The position numbers were made by a program, and so were the translations under genes. A DNA stretch of 32,624 bases, taken from positions 1 to 32,624 of the IMG/VR virus record IMGVR_UViG_3300033692_000021, one strand, 5' to 3'. The notes beneath the pieces are model-generated. The model was not told the DNA's origin and made no database searches. It saw only the letters and a program-made list of their open reading frames with translations. Below, piece after piece: positions 9,311-16,595 of this stretch. This DNA comes from a virus. Its lineage: Duplodnaviria > Caudoviricetes. Positions within the stretch are counted from its first letter, which is position 1; the number at the start of each line of letters is the position of its first letter.

Positions 9311-9727
9311 ATGATGAATATCAAGAGTTTAAAAGGCAAGACAATTAAGGATGTAAAGCAAAAGAAGAAGGCAGGCTTCGATGATGAAGGCTTCCTGGTT
9401 CTTTACTTTACTGACGGATCACAGGCAACAATCGTTGCCTCTTATGGCCCCTATACAGGAGATAGTATTGATGAATACCCCTCAAAGGTATGTGTTGTAG
9501 AAAAGGTTTGTGACCTTGAAGATGTTGAACGGGCAAACTGCCCTATATGTAACGATACCGGATCTTATACAACAGGTGGTTCTTTTGGTGGTGGCGTTAC
9601 AACCCATAAATGCGACTGCCTGACCGCTCAAGAAGAACCAGTCTGCGAACACCCCTACAAGTTCGTAAAGCAAAGCCAGGATAACGAATACCCTGACTAT
9701 TGCACCAAGTGTGAAAGCTATATTTAA
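9311..9727 (+). CDS. Hypothetical protein with Cys-rich C-terminal Zn-ribbon-like motifs
   Basis: CPICNDTG...CDC and CEH...CTKC. Confidence 0.65.
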   Translation: MMNIKSLKGKTIKDVKQKKKAGFDDEGFLVLYFTDGSQATIVASYGPYTGDSIDEYPSKVCVVEKVCDLEDVERANCPICNDTGSYTTGGSFGGGVTTHKCDCLTAQEEPVCEHPYKFVKQSQDNEYPDYCTKCESYI

Positions 9728-9744
9728 CCTCAAAAAACTTACCT

Positions 9745-10038
9745 ATGGAAATGACCGATTTAGACTATTCAGGAGTCGTTAACCGAATCCAAAACAGTGA
9801 GATTGAAGGTGCTCAATTTCTCGTTGAAATAGCTTTTGAAAAAGAGGCAGTTGAAGAGGATATTAAAAGCCATGAGGAATCCTTAAATGTATTAAGAAGG
9901 ACTCATGAAAGGCTGAATGATGCCGCCCACAACGTTTTACTACACCTTGGAAAGATAACCCCACTGGCGGTTAAGCGCGATGAATTTATTGTTGTTGTGA
10001 CCAGCAATAATATCTCAATAGAACGGAATGTGCTTTAA
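9745..10038 (+). CDS. Hypothetical phage protein
   Basis: 97 aa, in operon. Confidence 0.65.
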   Translation: MEMTDLDYSGVVNRIQNSEIEGAQFLVEIAFEKEAVEEDIKSHEESLNVLRRTHERLNDAAHNVLLHLGKITPLAVKRDEFIVVVTSNNISIERNVL

Positions 10039-10148
10039 TCTATATTGTTATGTATCTGGTGGTGAGTAGCAGGGGAGTTGTAAACCCCATTGCATAGACA
10101 ATGACAAACATTGGTGAAAACAGTGCAATATGCTTCCTCACCCCTTTT

Positions 10149-10249
10149 ACATAACGGTTTGGCGGTATGGTTAGTAAAGCCGTACCACACCGCTGAATTG
10201 AAGAACTAAACAACCTTACGGCTTTATTAATTATGACCGCTTGTTAGCA
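10149..10249. repeat. attC-like site 1
   Basis: ACATAAC ... arms 10162-10184 / 10217-10240 pair with G:T wobbles and one extrahelical G ... GTTAGCA. Confidence 0.7.
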
Positions 10250-10282
10250 TTAATTTTTGAGCGGTGGAAATACACTTAAAAA

Positions 10283-10627
10283 ATGAACGAATATTTAAAA
10301 TCACAAATTGAAGAGCATTGCCAAATGGTGCAACGCGGGGCAAAGCCATTAAGCCTACTTCCGCACCAAGAAAGATATTACTATGAGATTGTAGGCATAA
10401 TTAATAAACACAAACTACACTATTCATCAGAGCTTAATGGTGAGGGTTGGCGTACAATCTACATTTATAAAAATAAAGCACTTAGATATTTAATCGCAGA
10501 AATGCCAATGAAACCAGAAACCCCGAGCGAACACGCTTTAGTTGGCTACTTGCTTGGATATAGTACGGATTCAATTTGTGATTATATATTACAACATTGC
10601 CAATTAGAAGAGCCAAACTTGATGTAG
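10283..10627 (+). CDS. Cassette-borne hypothetical protein (weak resemblance to DUF2023)
   Basis: 114 aa; fills the payload between 14-bp IRs; AT-rich; VGYLLGY...IC motif. Confidence 0.7.
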   Translation: MNEYLKSQIEEHCQMVQRGAKPLSLLPHQERYYYEIVGIINKHKLHYSSELNGEGWRTIYIYKNKALRYLIAEMPMKPETPSEHALVGYLLGYSTDSICDYILQHCQLEEPNLM

Positions 10628-10648
10628 CTGTGTGCGTTGGCAAATTAA

Positions 10649-10778
10649 TGCTAACGGTAAATTGTAAGTGCAGACAGGGATTTGGGAACACTTTCCTGTC
10701 AAATGGCACAAACAATAATTAAAGAACAAATATTTGCATACAGAACATGCCCCTGTTTGCATTTACAAAATGTTATAG
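10649..10778. repeat. attC-like site 2
   Basis: TGCTAAC ... TTGTAAGTGCAGACAGGG (10662-10679) / CCCTGTTTGCATTTACAA (10751-10768), 18 bp with 2 G:T ... GTTATAG. Confidence 0.7.
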
Positions 10779-10800
10779 GGCGTTTTTAACTGATTTTATT

Positions 10801-11016
10801 ATGAAATACGAATTTAAAAGTAGACCGAGCGGGAAGTCATTTTCGCAAATGATTCAACTAAAAATGAATATTGAAAAAGGATTAAAATGTGCAGTAGCAA
10901 CACTTAACCCAGAAAAAACAAAAAGAGACTTTGAATATATGACAGGCGCAAAACTTAATTTAGAACCGTGCGATGGCGGGAAAGATGTTTACAACGCTTC
11001 TTTAAATGCCCTATAA
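10801..11016 (+). CDS. Cassette-borne hypothetical protein
   Basis: Likely start MKYEFKSRPSGKS at 10801; TAA stop lies inside the CTATAAC box, as is common for integron cassette genes. Confidence 0.65.
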   Translation: MKYEFKSRPSGKSFSQMIQLKMNIEKGLKCAVATLNPEKTKRDFEYMTGAKLNLEPCDGGKDVYNASLNAL

Positions 11017-11286
11017 CGTAAAAGCGGTATGTTGTCGGTTGCCGACAGGTACAGGACGGACGGTAATTAACGGAATACAATTCAATAACTTAAAATAGTG
11101 AGCGGATTATGAAAAATATTGATGAAGTATACAAAGATTGGTGCGGAGAGCATCATACAACAAACAGTGGATATCCAGTACATGATAGCGCGGAAGCACA
11201 AGATTTTGCAGAGTACTATCACAAAGAAATGTTAGCGAACGAAGGTCAAAAACCAGACAGCAACTGCAATATACAGCATGTTAGCG
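11011..11286. repeat. attC-like site 3 with long coding loop
   Basis: CTATAAC ... GCGGTATGTTGTCGGTTGC (11024-11042) / GCAACTGCAATATACAGC (11260-11277) ... GTTAGCG. Confidence 0.6.
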
Positions 11287-11417
11287 GTAGTGCGGTAATG
11301 CCTGAAGGATTTAAAGTATATAAATGTACTGATTGTGGGGCGGTAAATGTTAAAAAAGATAATGGGAATGTAAGGGTCGGTTTTTGTGATGAATGCGAAC
11401 ACCCATTATGGAACTGA
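11109..11417 (+). CDS. Chimeric hypothetical protein with C-terminal Zn ribbon
   Basis: 102 aa; reads through the hairpin arm and GTT core (CNIQHVSGS); CTDC...CDEC lies in the last payload. Confidence 0.7.
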   Translation: MKNIDEVYKDWCGEHHTTNSGYPVHDSAEAQDFAEYYHKEMLANEGQKPDSNCNIQHVSGSAVMPEGFKVYKCTDCGAVNVKKDNGNVRVGFCDECEHPLWN

Positions 11418-11466
11418 TTAGCATTACCGCTAACGCCATTATAACCCCACTTCAAAAAACTGAACC

Positions 11467-11700
11467 ATGCAGAAAGCAGAATTTGAGCGACGTCTGAAAG
11501 TAAACCTTCACAAATATGTGATGCAGGTTGATGATCCCAATGAGTTTTTGGTTCAAATTATTGAACTGGCCGGGGGCTATCTCAACCTTCAGACCATAGC
11601 CGACTATGCCAGGGAAAATGGAAAGACTTACAACGGAGTGAAGAAGTGCCGGGAAGTAAGGACAATCTTTAATACCAAATTTGTGATAGACAATGAATAA
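11467..11700 (+). CDS. Small putative DNA-binding protein
   Basis: LQTIADYARENGKTYNGVKK resembles an HTH followed by a beta wing. Confidence 0.6.
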   Translation: MQKAEFERRLKVNLHKYVMQVDDPNEFLVQIIELAGGYLNLQTIADYARENGKTYNGVKKCREVRTIFNTKFVIDNE

Positions 11701-12322
11701 ACGCCACTACTACACCGAAGCCGAACGCGACTACTTACGCAAGCATTACCCGCACCGCCCCACGCCCGAAATTGCAGAAGAGCTGGGACTGACAACCAGT
11801 AGCGTATGGAATCAGGCAAATTCCCTGGGGCTGAAAAAGACAAAGGAGTGTGTTGCAGAGATGTCGCGTAAGAACATGGAAGATCCCAACCACCCGGGCC
11901 GTAAGCACCAATTTAAAAAGGGGCAACGGGTTTGGAATAAGGGAATGAAAGGCTGGCATGCCCCGGGTGTTGAGCGAACCTGGTTTAAAAAAGGTAACGA
12001 GCCACATAACACCAAACACGATGGGCACACCCGAATAAGCAAAGACGGATACATTGAAATAAGGGTGAGCAAAGGAGAGTATAAGTTTCTGCACAGGGTG
12101 GTATGGGAGCGCGAAAACGGCCCCGTGCCCGATGGTTGCATAGTGATTTTTAAGGATGGCAACCCTGTGAATGTGCGCTTGAATAACCTTAAGATGATAA
12201 CCAGGGCAGAGAACATGAAGCGCAATACTTTCCTTAATCTGCCACCTGAGTTGCAGGAGCTGTTGCAAACAAAGAGAGTATTAACCAGGATTATTAACAA
12301 TAAACTAAACGAAGATGAGTAA
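11693..12322 (+). CDS. HNH endonuclease with N-terminal HTH
   Basis: EIAEELGLTTSSVWNQA; FKKG repeats; HRVVWE...GPVPDG...FKDGNPVNVRLNNL (HNH_3-type). Confidence 0.85.
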   Translation: MNKRHYYTEAERDYLRKHYPHRPTPEIAEELGLTTSSVWNQANSLGLKKTKECVAEMSRKNMEDPNHPGRKHQFKKGQRVWNKGMKGWHAPGVERTWFKKGNEPHNTKHDGHTRISKDGYIEIRVSKGEYKFLHRVVWERENGPVPDGCIVIFKDGNPVNVRLNNLKMITRAENMKRNTFLNLPPELQELLQTKRVLTRIINNKLNEDE

Positions 12323-12632
12323 AGTAACGTTTTCCGAAGTGCGCACCGAGGCACTCGACACCATTAAGATGCTGAAAGAAGGCAGAATTGAAGTGAAGCA
12401 GGCACAGGAGATCCGCGGACTGCTGGGCACAATTATCGAAACCGCCAAAACGGAGGTTGATTTTATCAAGGTAATTCCCGATGATGTAAAACGCCAGATG
12501 AGCGAAATACAGCTGAGGGCTATTGCCCCCACGGTAGAGGATAAAGAAACCGCCCTGGACGAATCGCTGAGAACGATAGAACACAACCGCAACCACTACA
12601 CACCCGACCAGAGCGCTGCCACAGCATTGTAG
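12315..12632 (+). CDS. Hypothetical phage protein
   Basis: 105 aa overlapping the HNH gene end. Confidence 0.7.
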   Translation: MSKVTFSEVRTEALDTIKMLKEGRIEVKQAQEIRGLLGTIIETAKTEVDFIKVIPDDVKRQMSEIQLRAIAPTVEDKETALDESLRTIEHNRNHYTPDQSAATAL

Positions 12633-12695
12633 CAACAGGGTGTGTGAGATTCGTGGAATTTTGTTAATTTTACGAAAACTAAACCCGGGGCGAAT

Positions 12696-12905
12696 ATGGC
12701 ATACAGTAGAAAAAACCACCTCAAGAAAGTGCTTAAAGTGCAGGAGATTTATCTGGAATACACCCGCAAGGGATGCACCAATGAGTACATCTTTGAAACG
12801 CTTATTCGCCCTCACTTCTTTATCTCACGCTCTACTTTCTACGAGTATCTGGCTATCCCTGCCGCTAAGGAGCTCAAGGGTATCAAATCTGAATCTTACG
12901 TTTAA
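12696..12905 (+). CDS. Small HTH regulator (putative Mor/C-like late activator)
   Basis: ISRSTFYEYL recognition-helix motif; last gene of the early operon. Confidence 0.6.
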   Translation: MAYSRKNHLKKVLKVQEIYLEYTRKGCTNEYIFETLIRPHFFISRSTFYEYLAIPAAKELKGIKSESYV

Positions 12906-12938
12906 ACATTATTTAATCACTCTTTAAATCGTATTGTT

Positions 12939-13529
12939 ATGAAAAAGTTTTTGATTAGCGCAATTCTTATTGCCTTTATTGCAACACCTATCTACTCACA
13001 GGAGCCTGTAAAAGCTTTCGGAGATATTACTTTTGGGATGACTAAAAGAGAAGTGAGTAAAACTGTTAGAGCTAACAGAGATGGCCATGAATTATATATC
13101 AATGATTGGGAGTTTGGCCCACTAGTGCCACACTCAGTATATGAAGGAGAAAACAAAGGATTAACCGGGTTGGTGCTTTCTGCCTTTCCTAAGCCGTTTG
13201 TACAAAACTTAGGCAAAAAGAATGCAGAAATTCTTCTAATGGATATAAAAAAAACATTTTTAGGAGCAGGATATGAACTTGTCACAGAGCATACATATTT
13301 TCCTAATCCATTATTATTGTGCCGTAAAGAGCCAGGTCTTATATTTATTAATGATAGCAAAGAACAGTATGTTGAAGTTACCGTTCCAAGCAAAATGAGT
13401 TTTCAGCACGTTGGAGACACTTACAGTATTCATATCAATATTTTTTGGACAAAATATGTAGCTGATTTGATGGACAAAAAAGACGATTCATTACAAGAAA
13501 GTGCAAAAAAAGTTGATGAATTGTTATAA
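12939..13529 (+). CDS. Secreted hypothetical protein (moron-like)
   Basis: Sec signal peptide MKKFLISAILIAFIATPIYS-Q; AT-rich relative to neighbours. Confidence 0.75.
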   Translation: MKKFLISAILIAFIATPIYSQEPVKAFGDITFGMTKREVSKTVRANRDGHELYINDWEFGPLVPHSVYEGENKGLTGLVLSAFPKPFVQNLGKKNAEILLMDIKKTFLGAGYELVTEHTYFPNPLLLCRKEPGLIFINDSKEQYVEVTVPSKMSFQHVGDTYSIHINIFWTKYVADLMDKKDDSLQESAKKVDELL

Positions 13530-13543
13530 ATCACATACATTTG
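13511..13543 (+). promoter_or_regulatory. Bacteroidota sigma-A-like promoter
   Basis: TACATTTG (13536-13543) matches TAnnTTTG; TTG about 20 nt upstream. Confidence 0.6.
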
Positions 13544-13548
13544 CTCTT

Positions 13549-13726
13549 GTCTTACAATTCAATTCACTCAGGAGCAATCCAATCTGAGTTTATTTTTTAA
13601 CATAAAGGCACTGCCCGCATGGTGGCCAAAAGCGAAAGCTGAGGCTGGTTCTTCGCTCCGCGATTGAATTGTAAGACGCACCTAAATGGGCAGTGTTCTT
13701 GTTATAACCATTTAACGTCTTACAAT
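13549..13726 (+). ncRNA. Structured leader / c4-CI-like antisense switch
   Basis: 13663-13677 is perfectly complementary to 13549-13563 (15 bp); 13668-13678 is complementary to 13716-13726 (11 bp, overlapping the ATG); enclosed by stem CACTGCCC/GGGCAGTG. Confidence 0.6.
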
Positions 13727-14372
13727 GGAAACAAAAAACAAAAAGCAAGTTACGAACTTGCAAATGATCGAAGTCGATCACAAAATGATTGCTATTGAAA
13801 AGATAGATGGCAATGTACATGTTAACCTTACCCAAATGTCAAAACCATTTGGAAAAGCGAAGAGACCAGATAACTGGCTAAGGTCTTCTGAAGCAAAGGA
13901 ATACATTGAAGCCTTGAGCGTTTCTCAGAAATGCGGATCGGCTGATCTCCTGAAAGTTAAGAAGGGTGGCAAAATTGGAGCGCAAGGAACCTGGGCAATG
14001 GATTACCGGGTTGCTATGCGCTATGCCCAGTGGCTGAGTCCTGAATTTAGTGTTGCTGTTGATGAAATGCTTGTAAAGCTAATGAGAGGCGATGCCGTAA
14101 TGGCTGAACCTCTTGGCGGTGTATGGCCGATTATTCAAAACGGGGTGGTAGGCTACCCACGTAAAGAGATTCTTGAAGCAGCAGGGTATAGCAGCAGTAG
14201 TGGCACCATTCATGTAATGCGCAAGCGACATCCGCAGGAACACTTCCAACTGTGTCGGGTGGCCTGCCTCTCTCCCCGCTTTGCAAAGCTTCGGTACGAG
14301 TCGGGCAAGGTGCGCCAACTGGCCCTTGAGTTTTACAGCTCGGTAAGAGCAGAAAAGAAAGGAGGGAAATAG
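13725..14372 (+). CDS. KilA-N domain protein (antirepressor-like)
   Basis: VNLTQMSKPFGK..RPDNWLR...QGTW...VAMRYAQWLSPEF. Confidence 0.88.
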   Translation: METKNKKQVTNLQMIEVDHKMIAIEKIDGNVHVNLTQMSKPFGKAKRPDNWLRSSEAKEYIEALSVSQKCGSADLLKVKKGGKIGAQGTWAMDYRVAMRYAQWLSPEFSVAVDEMLVKLMRGDAVMAEPLGGVWPIIQNGVVGYPRKEILEAAGYSSSSGTIHVMRKRHPQEHFQLCRVACLSPRFAKLRYESGKVRQLALEFYSSVRAEKKGGK

Positions 14373-14373
14373 T

Positions 14374-14577
14374 ATGGTACGCTTTGAAGAAAACAAGCTA
14401 ATCATAGAGATTAACAGTCCCGACCCAATTGATGAATGGATGCAGTTACAGACAGAGATATACAACCTGCTCAGGCATCAGCACGAAGAATCGACCCTCC
14501 AGTTTAATTGGATATTCTTATTCCTCAACGAGCTTCAACCGGCTTATGAGTGTGCAATGAGAATGAACGAAGAGTAA
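14374..14577 (+). CDS. Hypothetical protein
   Basis: 67 aa directly downstream of KilA-N. Confidence 0.65.
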   Translation: MVRFEENKLIIEINSPDPIDEWMQLQTEIYNLLRHQHEESTLQFNWIFLFLNELQPAYECAMRMNEE

Positions 14578-14578
14578 C

Positions 14579-14610
14579 AGAAAGCCCCGGGGATTCCGGG
14601 GCTTTCTTTG
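14579..14610. terminator. Bidirectional intrinsic terminator
   Basis: AGAAAGCCCCGG-ggatt-CCGGGGCTTTCT between convergent operons. Confidence 0.85.
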
Positions 14611-14638
14611 TATTACGGCGGATAGGAATCCACCGCAC

Positions 14639-15061
14639 CTATTCCCTAATCTTACACGTAAAGCTCACAAACGTAACCATCCAGCCTTTCCACCGGTGGT
14701 AATGCTGCCACTCCACATGCTTTAACCGTGTGGCAACCTGTGCACCCCACACAGGTACAAGTCCGTTTAAATTGTCTTTAATCTGCGTTGCAATTTCTTC
14801 GTTTTGTTGAATGGCGATATCGGGTACAGCAGTATCGTGCCGGCTTATTACCTTGCTTGTTACATGCACACGTATCAATACTTCGCCTTCGCTCAGGGTC
14901 TTGCTTATCTTATCCATCTCCAGAGGGTCGGGAAACTCCACAAATGCCACCGGGTGCGTGTGTATGGTGCCTTCGTACTGAGCATTGTACCACTGAACAT
15001 CTTCCAGTTCCGGTATCTTTTTCAGCTCTGCCTCTATTGCTTTATAAATCGGGAAATACAT
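14639..15061 (-). CDS. Putative head-tail joining / tail terminator protein (Mu gp37-like)
   Basis: 140 aa, QWYNAQY...PVAFVEF; follows the virion morphogenesis gene. Confidence 0.55.
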   Translation of the reverse strand: MYFPIYKAIEAELKKIPELEDVQWYNAQYEGTIHTHPVAFVEFPDPLEMDKISKTLSEGEVLIRVHVTSKVISRHDTAVPDIAIQQNEEIATQIKDNLNGLVPVWGAQVATRLKHVEWQHYHRWKGWMVTFVSFTCKIRE

Positions 15062-15064
15062 AGC

Positions 15065-15520
15065 TTATTTGTTTAAGATTTTGTCCATCAGTTTGTCCAC
15101 CTTCTTACCTATCATATCATCCAGCTTGCCGCTCTCGCCAATCATCTGCCGCTCGGGCATGGTAAAGCCACTGCCTCGCCCTGCCTTGCCGCCTTCGTTG
15201 TGTACTTCGGAATATGGGCGGGTGTTTTCAAAAATCACTTTGCCTGGCTTGGCCTTACTGTCCTGATCCCACGCCCGCCGCAAGTGGCCCCGGTCAACCA
15301 GTATGCTGCGGCCCTGCCTGCGCTTCTCTTTTTTGCTCTTTGGCGGCTTGCGGCTCTTCCACTTTTTCACACCCGAGCCTGTCTGGAAACCCTGCTGTGC
15401 AAAGTTGTCGCTGATGAATTGAAGTCCCTCACGCTTCACAACTCTCGGGAGATCTCTTTCAATCAGCTTTTCCATATCGCTTTGCACCTGTCGCAGCTTT
15501 GGTTGCAGTTTCTTTGCCAT
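15065..15520 (-). CDS. Phage virion morphogenesis protein (Mu gpG-like)
   Basis: ILVDRGHLRR...YSEVHNEGG...MPERQMIGES. Confidence 0.85.
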   Translation of the reverse strand: MAKKLQPKLRQVQSDMEKLIERDLPRVVKREGLQFISDNFAQQGFQTGSGVKKWKSRKPPKSKKEKRRQGRSILVDRGHLRRAWDQDSKAKPGKVIFENTRPYSEVHNEGGKAGRGSGFTMPERQMIGESGKLDDMIGKKVDKLMDKILNK

Positions 15521-15521
15521 A

Positions 15522-16448
15522 TCATATCAGTTTTATTGAGTCAAATACCAGCGTTCCCTGCACACTTTCAAAGGCTTTAATCACAAAGTTGATGCCTGCA
15601 TCGGTGCCTGTCCAGGTGTGAATATTGCCACTCACGGAGTGTACACCTGCTTTTATCAGCTGTTGCACGTTCTCGCTGTTGTGAAGCAATGCCAGGGCTT
15701 TGGTTCCTTTCTCGGCTGCGTTAATCTTTGCAGTTCTTTCGATGCCCGATTTTTCGAAGCTTACCTTCAGCTTACCACTTCGCACGAAGCGGTTACGGAG
15801 TTCGGTATGTGCCTGGCGAATCATCACATCTTTAATCAGCTCATCGGCCATGCCTTTTACCTGGTTGGCTTCGGTTACCGGCACATCGTAATAACCTGCA
15901 CTGTCGCTGAAGAGCTTACCTGTTTTGCCGGGGTTGTGGTCAAATCCGCTGCCCGGTTCCACGTCGGTGGTGCCTTTGGCAGGCTTATCGGTTTGCACCA
16001 CATCACATCGGCAACCCCAGTCAAGTGGCGGGTAGTGCCCATCCCAAAACGGATCATCAATGGGGCGAATGGTGCCGTTGAGTTTTGCATGACTGCTCCT
16101 GGTCTGGCTGTCCATTACGGCCACATACTCAAGATTGGGGTATAAGTCCTGGTCGGCTTTAAACCCGTTCCACTTCTTTGCCATCTCTGCCGAGCTCAGT
16201 GCCTGGTTGTGTTCTGTTGTCAGCCAGTTCTTGTTGTACTTCTCGGCTATTGGACCGGCAGCCTGCTTGAACTTACTGAACGATCGTACCTCGCCGTTTT
16301 CGTCAACCAGCAATGATACCAGTTCTTTCTGCTCCTGGTGGTTCTTGAATGCGGCAAATACCCCGGCGTTGTGAGTAAGCTGTTCGTTCAATGCCCAATC
16401 GCGGCTGTTGTAGGTAGTACTTACCAGACTGCCCATTTTTTCCGACAC
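15522..16448 (-). CDS. Mu gpF-like minor head protein; frame extends upstream past 16595
   Basis: YPNLEYVAVMDSQTRSSHAKLNG...DDPFW..HYPPLDWGCRC. Confidence 0.9.
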   Translation of the reverse strand: MSEKMGSLVSTTYNSRDWALNEQLTHNAGVFAAFKNHQEQKELVSLLVDENGEVRSFSKFKQAAGPIAEKYNKNWLTTEHNQALSSAEMAKKWNGFKADQDLYPNLEYVAVMDSQTRSSHAKLNGTIRPIDDPFWDGHYPPLDWGCRCDVVQTDKPAKGTTDVEPGSGFDHNPGKTGKLFSDSAGYYDVPVTEANQVKGMADELIKDVMIRQAHTELRNRFVRSGKLKVSFEKSGIERTAKINAAEKGTKALALLHNSENVQQLIKAGVHSVSGNIHTWTGTDAGINFVIKAFESVQGTLVFDSIKLI

Positions 16449-16544
16449 CGCTCCGGCCAGTTCCCGGTAGTTGCGTTCCCATATCTCCCGGTCAATTCCT
16501 TCCTGTCCCTGGTGTATGCGTTTCAGATACCCGCTGAATTCATC

Positions 16545-16595
16545 GCCGTTCTCACTTACCAGGGTAAGTCCTGTGAGACGGCTCTGCGCTTTTTT
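16545..16595 (-). promoter_or_regulatory. Programmed -1 ribosomal frameshift signal (portal to gpF)
   Basis: A_AAA_AAG in the portal frame (16595-16589), 6-nt spacer, GCCGT...ACGGC stem-loop; the -1 frame is the gpF frame. Confidence 0.75.

Larger units (their letters stand above)
10047..11445. mobile_element. Integron-like gene cassette array (4 payloads, 3 attC-like hairpins, no integrase)
   Basis: Payload-bounding IRs: GTTATGTA(10047)/TACATAAC(10155); GTTAGCATTAATTT(10243)/AAATTAATGCTAAC(10655); GTTATAGGGCGTTT(10772)/AAATGCCCTATAAC(11017); GTTAGCGGTAGTGC(11280)/GCATTACCGCTAAC(11434); separated by TAAC-arm...arm-GTTA hairpins. Confidence 0.75.

Noticed and set aside
10061-10142. tRNA or hammerhead ribozyme
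   Set aside because: No T-loop/GTTC or CCA features and no CUGANGA core
10747-10800. Upstream start for the 10747-11016 ORF
   Set aside because: Lies within the hairpin arm; the ATG at 10801 fits a payload-contained gene better, though read-through like ORF 11109 cannot be excluded
10047-11445. CRISPR array or simple terminators
   Set aside because: Units are not sequence-identical direct repeats, spacing is irregular, and the hairpins lack U-tracts
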